From NCBI GenBank assembly GCA_965223795.1, contig CBDCXL010000001.1, forward strand, positions 32,001 to 96,000: a stretch of DNA of 64,000 nt, read 5' to 3'. A model generated the notes under the pieces. It saw nothing but the letters and a program-made list of their open reading frames with translations, was not told the DNA's origin and searched no databases. A program made the translations under genes and the position numbers. Source of the stretch: Nitrospinales bacterium. GTDB lineage: Bacteria; Nitrospinota; Nitrospinia; Nitrospinales; VA-1. Shown here in pieces: positions 35,995-44,099 of the stretch (within the stretch, counting starts at the first letter, position 1; each line of letters starts with the position of its first letter).

Positions 35995-38678
35995 GCGTCC
36001 TCCTCATCCCCGGCGGGAGCGGATTCGCCGATGCGGCACAGGGTTTCCAGGCCGCAGTGTTGGCACGTTTGCGTTTTTTTGAACGGGTCTACTTGCGTGT
36101 GCCCGGCGGCGAAGCGTTCCGCCGTCTGCGTGAGCACGGTTTCCCAGGCGCGCCTGCGCTCTTCCCAGGTTTCCGCGCAGGGGTATTTGCCGGTTTTGAT
36201 GGGATCCAGGCCCAGAGGCGGCGCGTCCTCGTGCAGGTCGGTCTGGAATTTGAGCTTGCCTTTCTTGAGCTGGGCGTAGGCGATGCCCTCGGCGGGCGGC
36301 TCCAGCGCGTACAGGGGAAGCTGCGGTTCCTGCGGGCGTTCGCCGAACCAGTCCGCCGGTTTGACGTCGCCGGTCTTGTAGTCGATGAACAGCGTGTGGC
36401 CGTTCTCAAGCCGGTCGATGCGGTCGATGCGAAGTTTGAGCTTCACACCTGCGAGGGTGCATTCCCTTTGCGCTTCCTGGGCGGTCACGGCGAACGGTCC
36501 ACGCGCCAGTTCCAAATCCAGCCATTTTTTGAGCAGCGCCAGCAGACGCCCGGATTCCAGCTCGCGGAAGCGGTCCTGCCGGGTGAGCCGGAACGCCTGA
36601 TCTTCGAGCGCCTGGGAGATGGATTGTTCGATGGCTCGTTCAACCTCTCCATTCTCGAATAGCTGTTCCAGTTCTGTGTGGTTCTTTGTTTCGTGCCAGA
36701 AATGCTCGAGCACCGCGTGGACGAGGCTGCCGCGTTCCCGATGATCGAAGTCGAGTTCCGGAGTCTCCTGCGGTTCGGCGTGCAGCCGGTGCCGGGCGAA
36801 GGCGCGGAACGGGCACTGCGCCTGATCGCGGATCACGCTCTGTCCGCCGCCGGGTCCCGGATCGAGGAAACGCCGCCGTTCCGCGTCCGTGGCCGGGAGG
36901 ATTGCAGGTTCCTCGAACGGTTCCAGCGTGAAGATCCCGATGCGCTGGTCGCGGATGCGGTGTGACCGAGTGAGCGGCGCGGGTTCCGGCACTTTGAGCA
37001 GGGGCTGCAGCAGGGGACTCAGTCTGCGCTCCTCGCTGGCTTCCACGCCGGGGTGGCTGAACACGATCCGGTCCGAGGAAGCGATGAGCCGGGCCAGCGA
37101 CTGGCGGGCGAATTCGAGCTCCCGCTCGACGGTGGCGCGCGGCAGATTGTGTTCTTTGCGCCATCGCGCCGGAAGAAACGGATTGGGATCTGGCGGCGCG
37201 GGCAGGGCTTCGGCGTGGCAGCCGGGAACCCACAGGGCGTCGAAGGCCATGCCGGCGGACTCCAGCAGCCCGACCACCTGGATCGGCTGCTCGCGGGTCT
37301 TGGCCTGAAAGGGGTGATCCTCGCACAGTCCGCTCAGCAGGGCCGCCGCCTGGGTGCGGGTGACGTTGCCGGTGATCGCGTCGAGGGAGGCGAAGTGGTC
37401 GAGCTGTTCGCGCCAGCTTTCGAACACCTGGTACTCGCGGCTGGCCAGAGGGCCCGGCCAGCCCATGGCGTCGAGCATCTCGGAAAACGTCAGCGCCCAC
37501 TGGCTCGGCGCTTTTCTGCCGGGCTGGCGGATCAGCTTTGTCCACCGGCCGATCAGTCCTTTCAGTTTAGAATTTGCTTTAAGTGTCTGGCGAAGCGATT
37601 TCTCGCTCTCAAGATCTTCAAGGTAAACCGTGGCAAAGTTGTTTTGCGATAGTTTCAATGCGAGGCGGTGCACCGCGTCGCGGTCCTTGCGGCCGGGATG
37701 GAACAAGGGGCTTTTGATGACGCCGGTGAACAGGGCGAAGGGCAGGGAGAGGGCGTCGTTTTTCGCGGCGGCGAGGACGGTGAGGGCGGCGCGGACCATC
37801 GGCTCGTCCGCGAGCGGCGTTCCCAGCGAAAGGTTGAACGGCAGTTCCTGCTCGACCCAGGGGTAGATCGATTCGGGCGCGAGTTCGGCTTTGAGTTCGC
37901 GCAGCAGATTCTCCCGGTAGCCGTTGAGGTCGGGGACGACGATGCCGGTCCGGCTGCCGGGCTGGTGGTGGGCGCGCACCCAGCGGGCGCACTGCACGGC
38001 TTCCTCCCTGGGGTCGGCGCAGGGGCGGATCTCGATGTTTTTTCCGGCAGCCAGGGCGTCGAGGGCAGGAGGGCCGGTCTCCGGAATCTTGGGATCGAAG
38101 GCGACGGCGGCACCGCGGTTTCTGAGAAGATCGAGCCAGTCGGTGAGCCGCGGGGTCACGTCCTCGAACCCGGCGAGGGTGATGCGCCGCGGCATCGGCA
38201 GGGTTCCCTGTTTCATGGCGGCGTGCACGTGATCGAGCACGTCCGCCGGATCGAGGGCGTGCCATTGCGCGAGGCGGTCCTGGTAGCTCTGCATCCAGGC
38301 GTGAAAAGCGCGGGTTTCCTCGGTGGCCTCGAAGGCCGCGCGATGCACGGGCAGCCGGTGCTCGCGGATGAGTGCGTAGGCCTTGGACGCCTGCTCGGCG
38401 GCGGCCTTGAGGTGCAGCAGGTCCAGATCGCGGCTGCGCGCGTCGCTTGCGACGATCTGTTCCCACAGCTTGCGCGCTTGCAGGTCGCTCAGGATGTGCT
38501 TCGTGGGCCAGGATTCGACCCAGATTTTTTTGAGCCAGGCGTTGAGCGGCAGGATGTCCGGTGTCTGCCAGACGAGCGGGCCGCCGGCGTTTTTCCGGCG
38601 TTCGTTGTGCTGCAACTGGAGCCAGCGGGCGAGGCGGGCGTTGACCGTGAGGACGACGGACTGGGATTCGCGTTCCAC
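35991..38678 (-). CDS. AddB-like PD-(D/E)XK nuclease (probable DNA repair protein)
   Basis: CPFRAF, RIDRIDR, IDYKTG, QLPLY and C-terminal CQHC-x5-C (Fe-S staple). Overlaps the helicase start. Confidence 0.85.
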   Translation of the reverse strand: MERESQSVVLTVNARLARWLQLQHNERRKNAGGPLVWQTPDILPLNAWLKKIWVESWPTKHILSDLQARKLWEQIVASDARSRDLDLLHLKAAAEQASKAYALIREHRLPVHRAAFEATEETRAFHAWMQSYQDRLAQWHALDPADVLDHVHAAMKQGTLPMPRRITLAGFEDVTPRLTDWLDLLRNRGAAVAFDPKIPETGPPALDALAAGKNIEIRPCADPREEAVQCARWVRAHHQPGSRTGIVVPDLNGYRENLLRELKAELAPESIYPWVEQELPFNLSLGTPLADEPMVRAALTVLAAAKNDALSLPFALFTGVIKSPLFHPGRKDRDAVHRLALKLSQNNFATVYLEDLESEKSLRQTLKANSKLKGLIGRWTKLIRQPGRKAPSQWALTFSEMLDAMGWPGPLASREYQVFESWREQLDHFASLDAITGNVTRTQAAALLSGLCEDHPFQAKTREQPIQVVGLLESAGMAFDALWVPGCHAEALPAPPDPNPFLPARWRKEHNLPRATVERELEFARQSLARLIASSDRIVFSHPGVEASEERRLSPLLQPLLKVPEPAPLTRSHRIRDQRIGIFTLEPFEEPAILPATDAERRRFLDPGPGGGQSVIRDQAQCPFRAFARHRLHAEPQETPELDFDHRERGSLVHAVLEHFWHETKNHTELEQLFENGEVERAIEQSISQALEDQAFRLTRQDRFRELESGRLLALLKKWLDLELARGPFAVTAQEAQRECTLAGVKLKLRIDRIDRLENGHTLFIDYKTGDVKPADWFGERPQEPQLPLYALEPPAEGIAYAQLKKGKLKFQTDLHEDAPPLGLDPIKTGKYPCAETWEERRRAWETVLTQTAERFAAGHTQVDPFKKTQTCQHCGLETLCRIGESAPAGDEEDA

Positions 38679-38784
38679 TGTTGGGCTCTAAAGACGCGGG
38701 GCTGGAATGAGGGTTTGGGAAATTGCCTGGATGACTGAGGAAGGATTATTTTTCCCCCTCACCCGGGTATTAAGGCAAGGCTGA

Positions 38785-38808
38785 CCCTTCGACAGGCTCA
38801 GGGTGACA
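38785..38808. repeat. REP-like element, family 1 (single copy)
   Basis: cccttcgacaggctcagggtgaca, near reverse complement of tgtcaccctgagcttgtcgaaggg at 40863. Confidence 0.85.
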
Positions 38809-38848
38809 GCCGTTTCGGTTCTGGATTTGTTGCGTTACCGGCGTCCTG

Positions 38849-39286
38849 TCAGGGCGTGGCCTGGACCCAGACTTCCCCTTTGGAAGTGGTTTCCCGTTTC
38901 CAGATGGGCGTGGTGCGCTTGAGTTCCGCGATGGCCCATTCGCAGGCCTTGAAGGTTTCGGCGCGGTGCTCGCCCGCGGCGACGATGAGCACGATGTTCT
39001 CGCCGATGTCGATCTCGCCGATTCTGTGGATGATGCTCATGTCGATGATCTTGAAATCGTGGATGGCTTTTTCGCGCAGCTCTTCGAGTTTCTTCTCGGC
39101 CATCTTGGGGTAATGCTCGAAGTTGAGCTTGGTGATGTTCTCCCCCTTGTTGAGTTCGCGGCCGGTTCCGAGAAACGTGGTGATGCCGCCGATGTTGCGC
39201 GAGCTTTTCTTGATGGCTTCGATTTCGTCGGTGACCGAAAAATCCTCGCGCTGGATTCGGACCCTGGATTCCATGACGGTGCTCAT
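38849..39286 (-). CDS. moaE: Molybdopterin synthase catalytic subunit
   Basis: EHYPKMA, IIHRIG, HRAETF, LKRTTPIWKRE. Confidence 0.95.
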   Translation of the reverse strand: MSTVMESRVRIQREDFSVTDEIEAIKKSSRNIGGITTFLGTGRELNKGENITKLNFEHYPKMAEKKLEELREKAIHDFKIIDMSIIHRIGEIDIGENIVLIVAAGEHRAETFKACEWAIAELKRTTPIWKRETTSKGEVWVQATP

Positions 39287-39304
39287 GTTCGTGTTCCTTC
39301 TATC

Positions 39305-39556
39305 TTAAGAACCACCGGAAAACGGCGGCAGGAATGCCACTTCGTCGCCGTCGTGGATGACGGTGTCCAGTGCGGCCACATCCTGGTTGACGGATACCAT
39401 TATCTTTTTCCCCTGGATCATCTCGCCGATCTGGGGATTGCTCTCTGCAAGGACTTCGCTCAACCGCTGCACGGTGGTCTGGTTGCCGAGGTCGAGGTGT
39501 TCTTCCTCTTTTCCGGCGATGGCGCGCAGGCTGGCGAAATATTTCAGTGTGATCAT
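39305..39556 (-). CDS. moaD: Molybdopterin synthase sulfur carrier
   Basis: YFASLR, SVNQ, DGDEVAFLPPFSGGS. Lies between moaC and moaE. Confidence 0.93.
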   Translation of the reverse strand: MITLKYFASLRAIAGKEEEHLDLGNQTTVQRLSEVLAESNPQIGEMIQGKKIMVSVNQDVAALDTVIHDGDEVAFLPPFSGGS

Positions 39557-39560
39557 GATC

Positions 39561-40064
<504 letters not shown>

Positions 40065-40187
40065 GCGACTATAATACATCAGTTTCGGGGCTGCGCGTCA
40101 AGTTCTCGCCCCGCTGTCAGGAATTCAGCCTGGTGAGCGGCGCCGCGGGCGTTTTTTCGGGTCTTTTCGGCGGGAGGGCCGGTTTTT

Positions 40188-40550
40188 TCAGGCCGGTTTT
40201 TCGGGCGGTTCGTACAGTCCGATGGGGTTGCCGTCGGGATCGCGGAACCCGGACAGGTTGCCGAACGGCTGCCGCTCGATGGGGTCGAACTGCTTGACTC
40301 CCCTTTGCTTCAATGTTTCAATCACTTGCTCGATGGGCCGGGCCAGCAGGGACAAAAAAGGCTGTTCCCGCCGAGGGGGCTCCGCCGCGTCCGCCACGTG
40401 GTGCAGGGCCAGCCGCTGGCCGCCGAGGTCGAACTCGGACCAGTCGTCCCGCACGAACCGCGGCTTGCAGTCCAGCACGCGCTGGTAGAATTCCACGGCG
40501 CGGTCCATGTCCGTCACGGGATAGGAGATGTAAGCGATTTTCAGGGGCAT
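40188..40550 (-). CDS. VOC/glyoxalase family protein
   Basis: VTDMDRAVEFY...FRDPDGN.I.L.E pattern. Confidence 0.85.
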   Translation of the reverse strand: MPLKIAYISYPVTDMDRAVEFYQRVLDCKPRFVRDDWSEFDLGGQRLALHHVADAAEPPRREQPFLSLLARPIEQVIETLKQRGVKQFDPIERQPFGNLSGFRDPDGNPIGLYEPPEKPA

Positions 40551-40834
40551 GCGTCTTTCTGATGCGTTGTCCGGGTTCCCAAGTGTAGCACAGGGCAGGC
40601 AGCGGGGCCGGGTGGACAGAAATCAAAACCCGTCTCGCGCCAAGCCGCAAAGAAAACCAAATTCCTCTCCCCCCGGAGAGGGGAGGTCAAGCAAAGCAAA
40701 GCTTGATGACCCTCCTTAAAATCAGTTTAATGAGGCGTCGAGCCAAGCTCGACACTCGCATTACGAATTACCCGGAAGGTGGCTTGAGGATAGGGTGAGG
40801 GGGGAGAATATCTCAAATGCCTGGATAGTTTATG

Positions 40835-40886
40835 TTTCGACAAGCTCAGCATGACAGTTGTCTGTCACCCTGAGCTTGTCGAAGGG
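40835..40886. repeat. Inverted pair of family-1 REP-like elements
   Basis: tttcgacaagctcagcatgaca (40835-40856) and tgtcaccctgagcttgtcgaaggg (40863-40886). Confidence 0.85.
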
Positions 40887-40993
40887 TGACAGAGCATCAC
40901 GAGCCGGATCTGGGTTTATTCTCTTTATCCTGTTCATCCTGCCGCCTATCTTCTACACTCCTTTCCTTTCGAATTGTCACTCCGGAGCTGCGT

Positions 40994-41890
40994 TTGTCTC
41001 TCTTCAACATCGGCCTCATCCTGCTATCGAGTTTCAGTCACGCCTTCTGGAACGTGCTGACGCAGACCAGCAAAAACTCGCGCTTTTTTTCCGGACTCAA
41101 GGGGCTTTGGATCCTGGCCATGGCGGCGCCCGCGGTTTTCCTGCTGGATTTTCCCTGGGCGCCGCCGGAACTGCTGTTCTGGGCCGGGATCTCCGGCGTG
41201 CTGCACGGGGTGTACATCCTCAGCCTGTCGCGCGCCTACGACTCTGCCGACATCTCCTACGTGTATCCGATCGCGCGTTCCGCGCCGGTGTTCGTGCCGG
41301 TGTTCGCGTTCTTCCTGCTCGGCGAGCATCTGAGTGCTGGGGCCGTGCTGGCGATCGTCATCATTTTGCTGGCGATCTACATCCTGCACTTCGAGGGCCA
41401 CCTGGTGCGCGGGTTCAAAAACCTGTACGACGCGATGCGCCACCAGGACCTGCGCTGGGCGTTCGTCACGCTGGCGCTGGTGGTGGCGTACAGCCTGGTG
41501 GACAAGCGCGGCATGGAAGTGTTTCTCGCGCACTATCCGGAGCAGGCGTTCGTCAACGGCATCCTGTTTTTCTTCCTGGAATCGCTGGTGGGGTTTTCGC
41601 TGGCGCTGGTGTACCTGTTCGTGAAGCACAAGAAGGAGGACATCTTCTCTGTGTGGCGCGGGGAGTGGGGCCGGGCGCTGGCGGCGGGGGTCGCGACACT
41701 GGGTTCGTACGGGCTGATCTGCGTGGTGCTGCAGTTCGAGGCGGTGAGCGCGGTGGTGGCGCTGCGGCAGACCAGCGTGCTGCTGGTCGTCTACTGGGGC
41801 TGCTTCAAGCTGAAAGAGCCGTTCGGCAATCAGCGTCTGCTGGCGGGCGGGCTGATGGTGCTGGGGATCGCGCTGATCGGGATGGAGTGA
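40994..41890 (+). CDS. EamA/DMT family transporter
   Basis: HAFWN, AYDSADISYVYPIARSAP, VVALRQTSVL, about 10 TM segments. TTG start after GGAG. The ORF-track start lies inside the repeat. Confidence 0.88.
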   Translation: MSLFNIGLILLSSFSHAFWNVLTQTSKNSRFFSGLKGLWILAMAAPAVFLLDFPWAPPELLFWAGISGVLHGVYILSLSRAYDSADISYVYPIARSAPVFVPVFAFFLLGEHLSAGAVLAIVIILLAIYILHFEGHLVRGFKNLYDAMRHQDLRWAFVTLALVVAYSLVDKRGMEVFLAHYPEQAFVNGILFFFLESLVGFSLALVYLFVKHKKEDIFSVWRGEWGRALAAGVATLGSYGLICVVLQFEAVSAVVALRQTSVLLVVYWGCFKLKEPFGNQRLLAGGLMVLGIALIGME

Positions 41891-41916
41891 GTGTGGAAAA
41901 ATGACTGCTTTTCATC

Positions 41917-41974
41917 TGTCACCCTGATCTTGTCGAAAGGTGGCGGGGCATGCTTCGACAGGCTCAGCATGACA
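41917..41974. repeat. Inverted pair of family-1 REP-like elements (REPIN-like hairpin)
   Basis: tgtcaccctgatcttgtcgaaagg (41917-41940) and cttcgacaggctcagcatgaca (41953-41974). Confidence 0.85.
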
Positions 41975-41998
41975 AGAAAGTGATTTGCGCCGGGATGT

Positions 41999-42907
41999 TC
42001 ATTCCGTCAACCGGCACAAGCCGTCCTTATCCAGCAGGAAGGAGGCGAAGTCGTTGGCGATGAAGAGAGCGCCGTCTTCGTTCTGCTGCATGAGCCGGGG
42101 GGCGCCGTAGAGCCGCGCCATTTGTTTCGCGCTCCATCCCTTGCCGCTGTTTTCCAGCCGATACAGGTAGCCGTAGTTGAAGGTCAAGTGGGTCAGGCCG
42201 GTGACGGCGACGATCCCCGCCGGAGTGTCGTGCAGGCCGAGGACGTTGTCGTTGATCAGCACCTGTGTTTTGCCACTGCTGTCGAGATGGATGAGATCGC
42301 CGCCCCATTCGCCGTTGTCGCTGCCCAATAGCCAGCCGTTCTCCACTTTGAGGCTGTGCCGGGGGCGGAAGGGGTTGCCGCGCAGTTCGGGGAGGTTCGC
42401 GGGCCGGATGTGCGCCACCTTCTTCGGCTCGGTGCCTTTGAGCTTGTCGAGTTCGCTTTCGAAGCTTTGCAGCAGCGCTTCGTTGTCCAGAAAGATCTCC
42501 GCCTGCCCGAGCGCGAGCTGCCAGCCATTCTCCATCCTGTTCCTGATCTCGGCTCCGAGGATTTTCTCAGGCGGCGGGCCTTTGAGCGCCGCGATTTCCG
42601 CCACGATGTCGTTCAGCCGTCTGCGGTCGCGTTCCTCCGGCGCGTAGGTGAACACTCTGGGGACGTTCTCCAGATTTCCCGCACAGCGCGGCACGTCCCG
42701 ATCGAGGTTGGCGCGCACCTGCCCGGCGCTGAACTCCTTCTTGATGAGCTGGCGGAAGTACTTCGGGTTGTTGTGCTCCTGCGGGCAGTCCCGGTTGCGC
42801 ACGGCCAGCTCCTCGGAGCAGTAGATCTCGGACGAAACCTGAGCGTGGGCGGTGCCGTGAATCAAAGTGGTTGTAACGATGAGCGTGCGTGTCCAGAATT
42901 TGAGCAT
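41999..42907 (-). CDS. Secreted hypothetical protein
   Basis: 302-aa ORF with a signal peptide ending AHA. The C-terminal half is beta-rich (GSDNGEWGG, GLTHL). Confidence 0.7.
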   Translation of the reverse strand: MLKFWTRTLIVTTTLIHGTAHAQVSSEIYCSEELAVRNRDCPQEHNNPKYFRQLIKKEFSAGQVRANLDRDVPRCAGNLENVPRVFTYAPEERDRRRLNDIVAEIAALKGPPPEKILGAEIRNRMENGWQLALGQAEIFLDNEALLQSFESELDKLKGTEPKKVAHIRPANLPELRGNPFRPRHSLKVENGWLLGSDNGEWGGDLIHLDSSGKTQVLINDNVLGLHDTPAGIVAVTGLTHLTFNYGYLYRLENSGKGWSAKQMARLYGAPRLMQQNEDGALFIANDFASFLLDKDGLCRLTE

Positions 42908-43142
42908 TTTGTTTTACTCTGTTAGTAATGACAGTCAGTGTATCGCAAGGGGGAGATTTTATTAATCAATATGTTGAGCAACCTCTGTGCCAAAGGGGCA
43001 GTGTTGTAAAACCGCGTGTTATTTTTTGCTGGCAGGGCGGGGTGGCTAAAAATGTATGTTGGGTGGTGCGTTTTGCGGCCGGTTTGGGGGATTGGCTCTA
43101 TACTGGAAGCGTTCCCCGTATAGACGGACGGAGGCGTTCAGC

Positions 43143-43493
43143 ATGAATGTGATCGAGTACCTGGGTTATAAAAACCACGTGCGGACCGCGTGGTGGATGC
43201 AGATGGCCGGATGCGGGCTGTTGCTGCTGGTGTATTTCAACGAGGCGGTGCGCGAGCGTTTTTTCTGGCCGTCGCACGTGGGGTTTCTGGTTTTCGCTGT
43301 GCTCGTTCCTTTCCTGATATACCGAAAGATCCGCTGTCCGCAATGCGGTCATCAACTCGTGCGGGTGTTTTCGCTGGGCGGCAAGGGGAAAAACCATCCG
43401 TTTTCCTCCGGCCGGTGCCCGAAATGCGGATTCGCTCCCTACCTGCGGGCAAACCGCAATGTGGACGGCAGCGTCAAACCGACGCCCGCTTAG
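43143..43493 (+). CDS. Small membrane protein with a zinc-ribbon-like CxxC pair
   Basis: GGAGG RBS, two TM segments, then CPQCG...CPKCG. Confidence 0.6.
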   Translation: MNVIEYLGYKNHVRTAWWMQMAGCGLLLLVYFNEAVRERFFWPSHVGFLVFAVLVPFLIYRKIRCPQCGHQLVRVFSLGGKGKNHPFSSGRCPKCGFAPYLRANRNVDGSVKPTPA

Positions 43494-43601
43494 CCTGGAA
43501 AATTAGTCAAACGATTGCAGCAATGGGATTTTGTATTTTCTTGTTTGCGGGGTGCCTCAGCAACGATGAAGCGAGTAGCCGTTGCGCGGCAGACGGAGCG
43601 A

Positions 43602-43802
43602 ATGAGCAGGATATCCATTTCCGCAACGCTGCTTTTTCTTCTGCTCCTGTCGGGCTGCGCCTCCTCCTATCAGAAGGGGCGGGAGCGCTGTGAAGCGGCC
43701 GGTTATCAACCCGGATCGCGCCATTACGCGGAGTGTGTGGAAAATTCCAGGCGGTTCCTCAACCTTCCCGAAACGAACGACGACCCGCGCAGGCCGAAGT
43801 GA
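43602..43802 (+). CDS. Small lipoprotein
   Basis: GGAG RBS, lipobox LSGC, C...GY.PG...YAECV pattern. Confidence 0.65.
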   Translation: MSRISISATLLFLLLLSGCASSYQKGRERCEAAGYQPGSRHYAECVENSRRFLNLPETNDDPRRPK

Positions 43803-44099
43803 GCCGCTGCGGCGCCGCTTTCTTCATTTCCCATTTGTGACCGTCTGTCTGTGATTTTAATATTTCCGAAGGCGTTCGATTGGTGTTGCAGGTTTTCTAA
43901 CCGTTTGCGGAATAAGGCTCTGCGGGGCCACAAGCGGGGCGTGCGATTGCGGCGCACGTGAGGCGATTTTAATTTTTACTACCCGCACAACCCGTTATAC
44001 TGGATGGGATATCCTGCTATTCACCGTTTTTTCGGTGTTAACGATCCGTATTCTCTAAACACCCGTTGACGGGTGATTCGATTGTCATGGAGGTGACTT

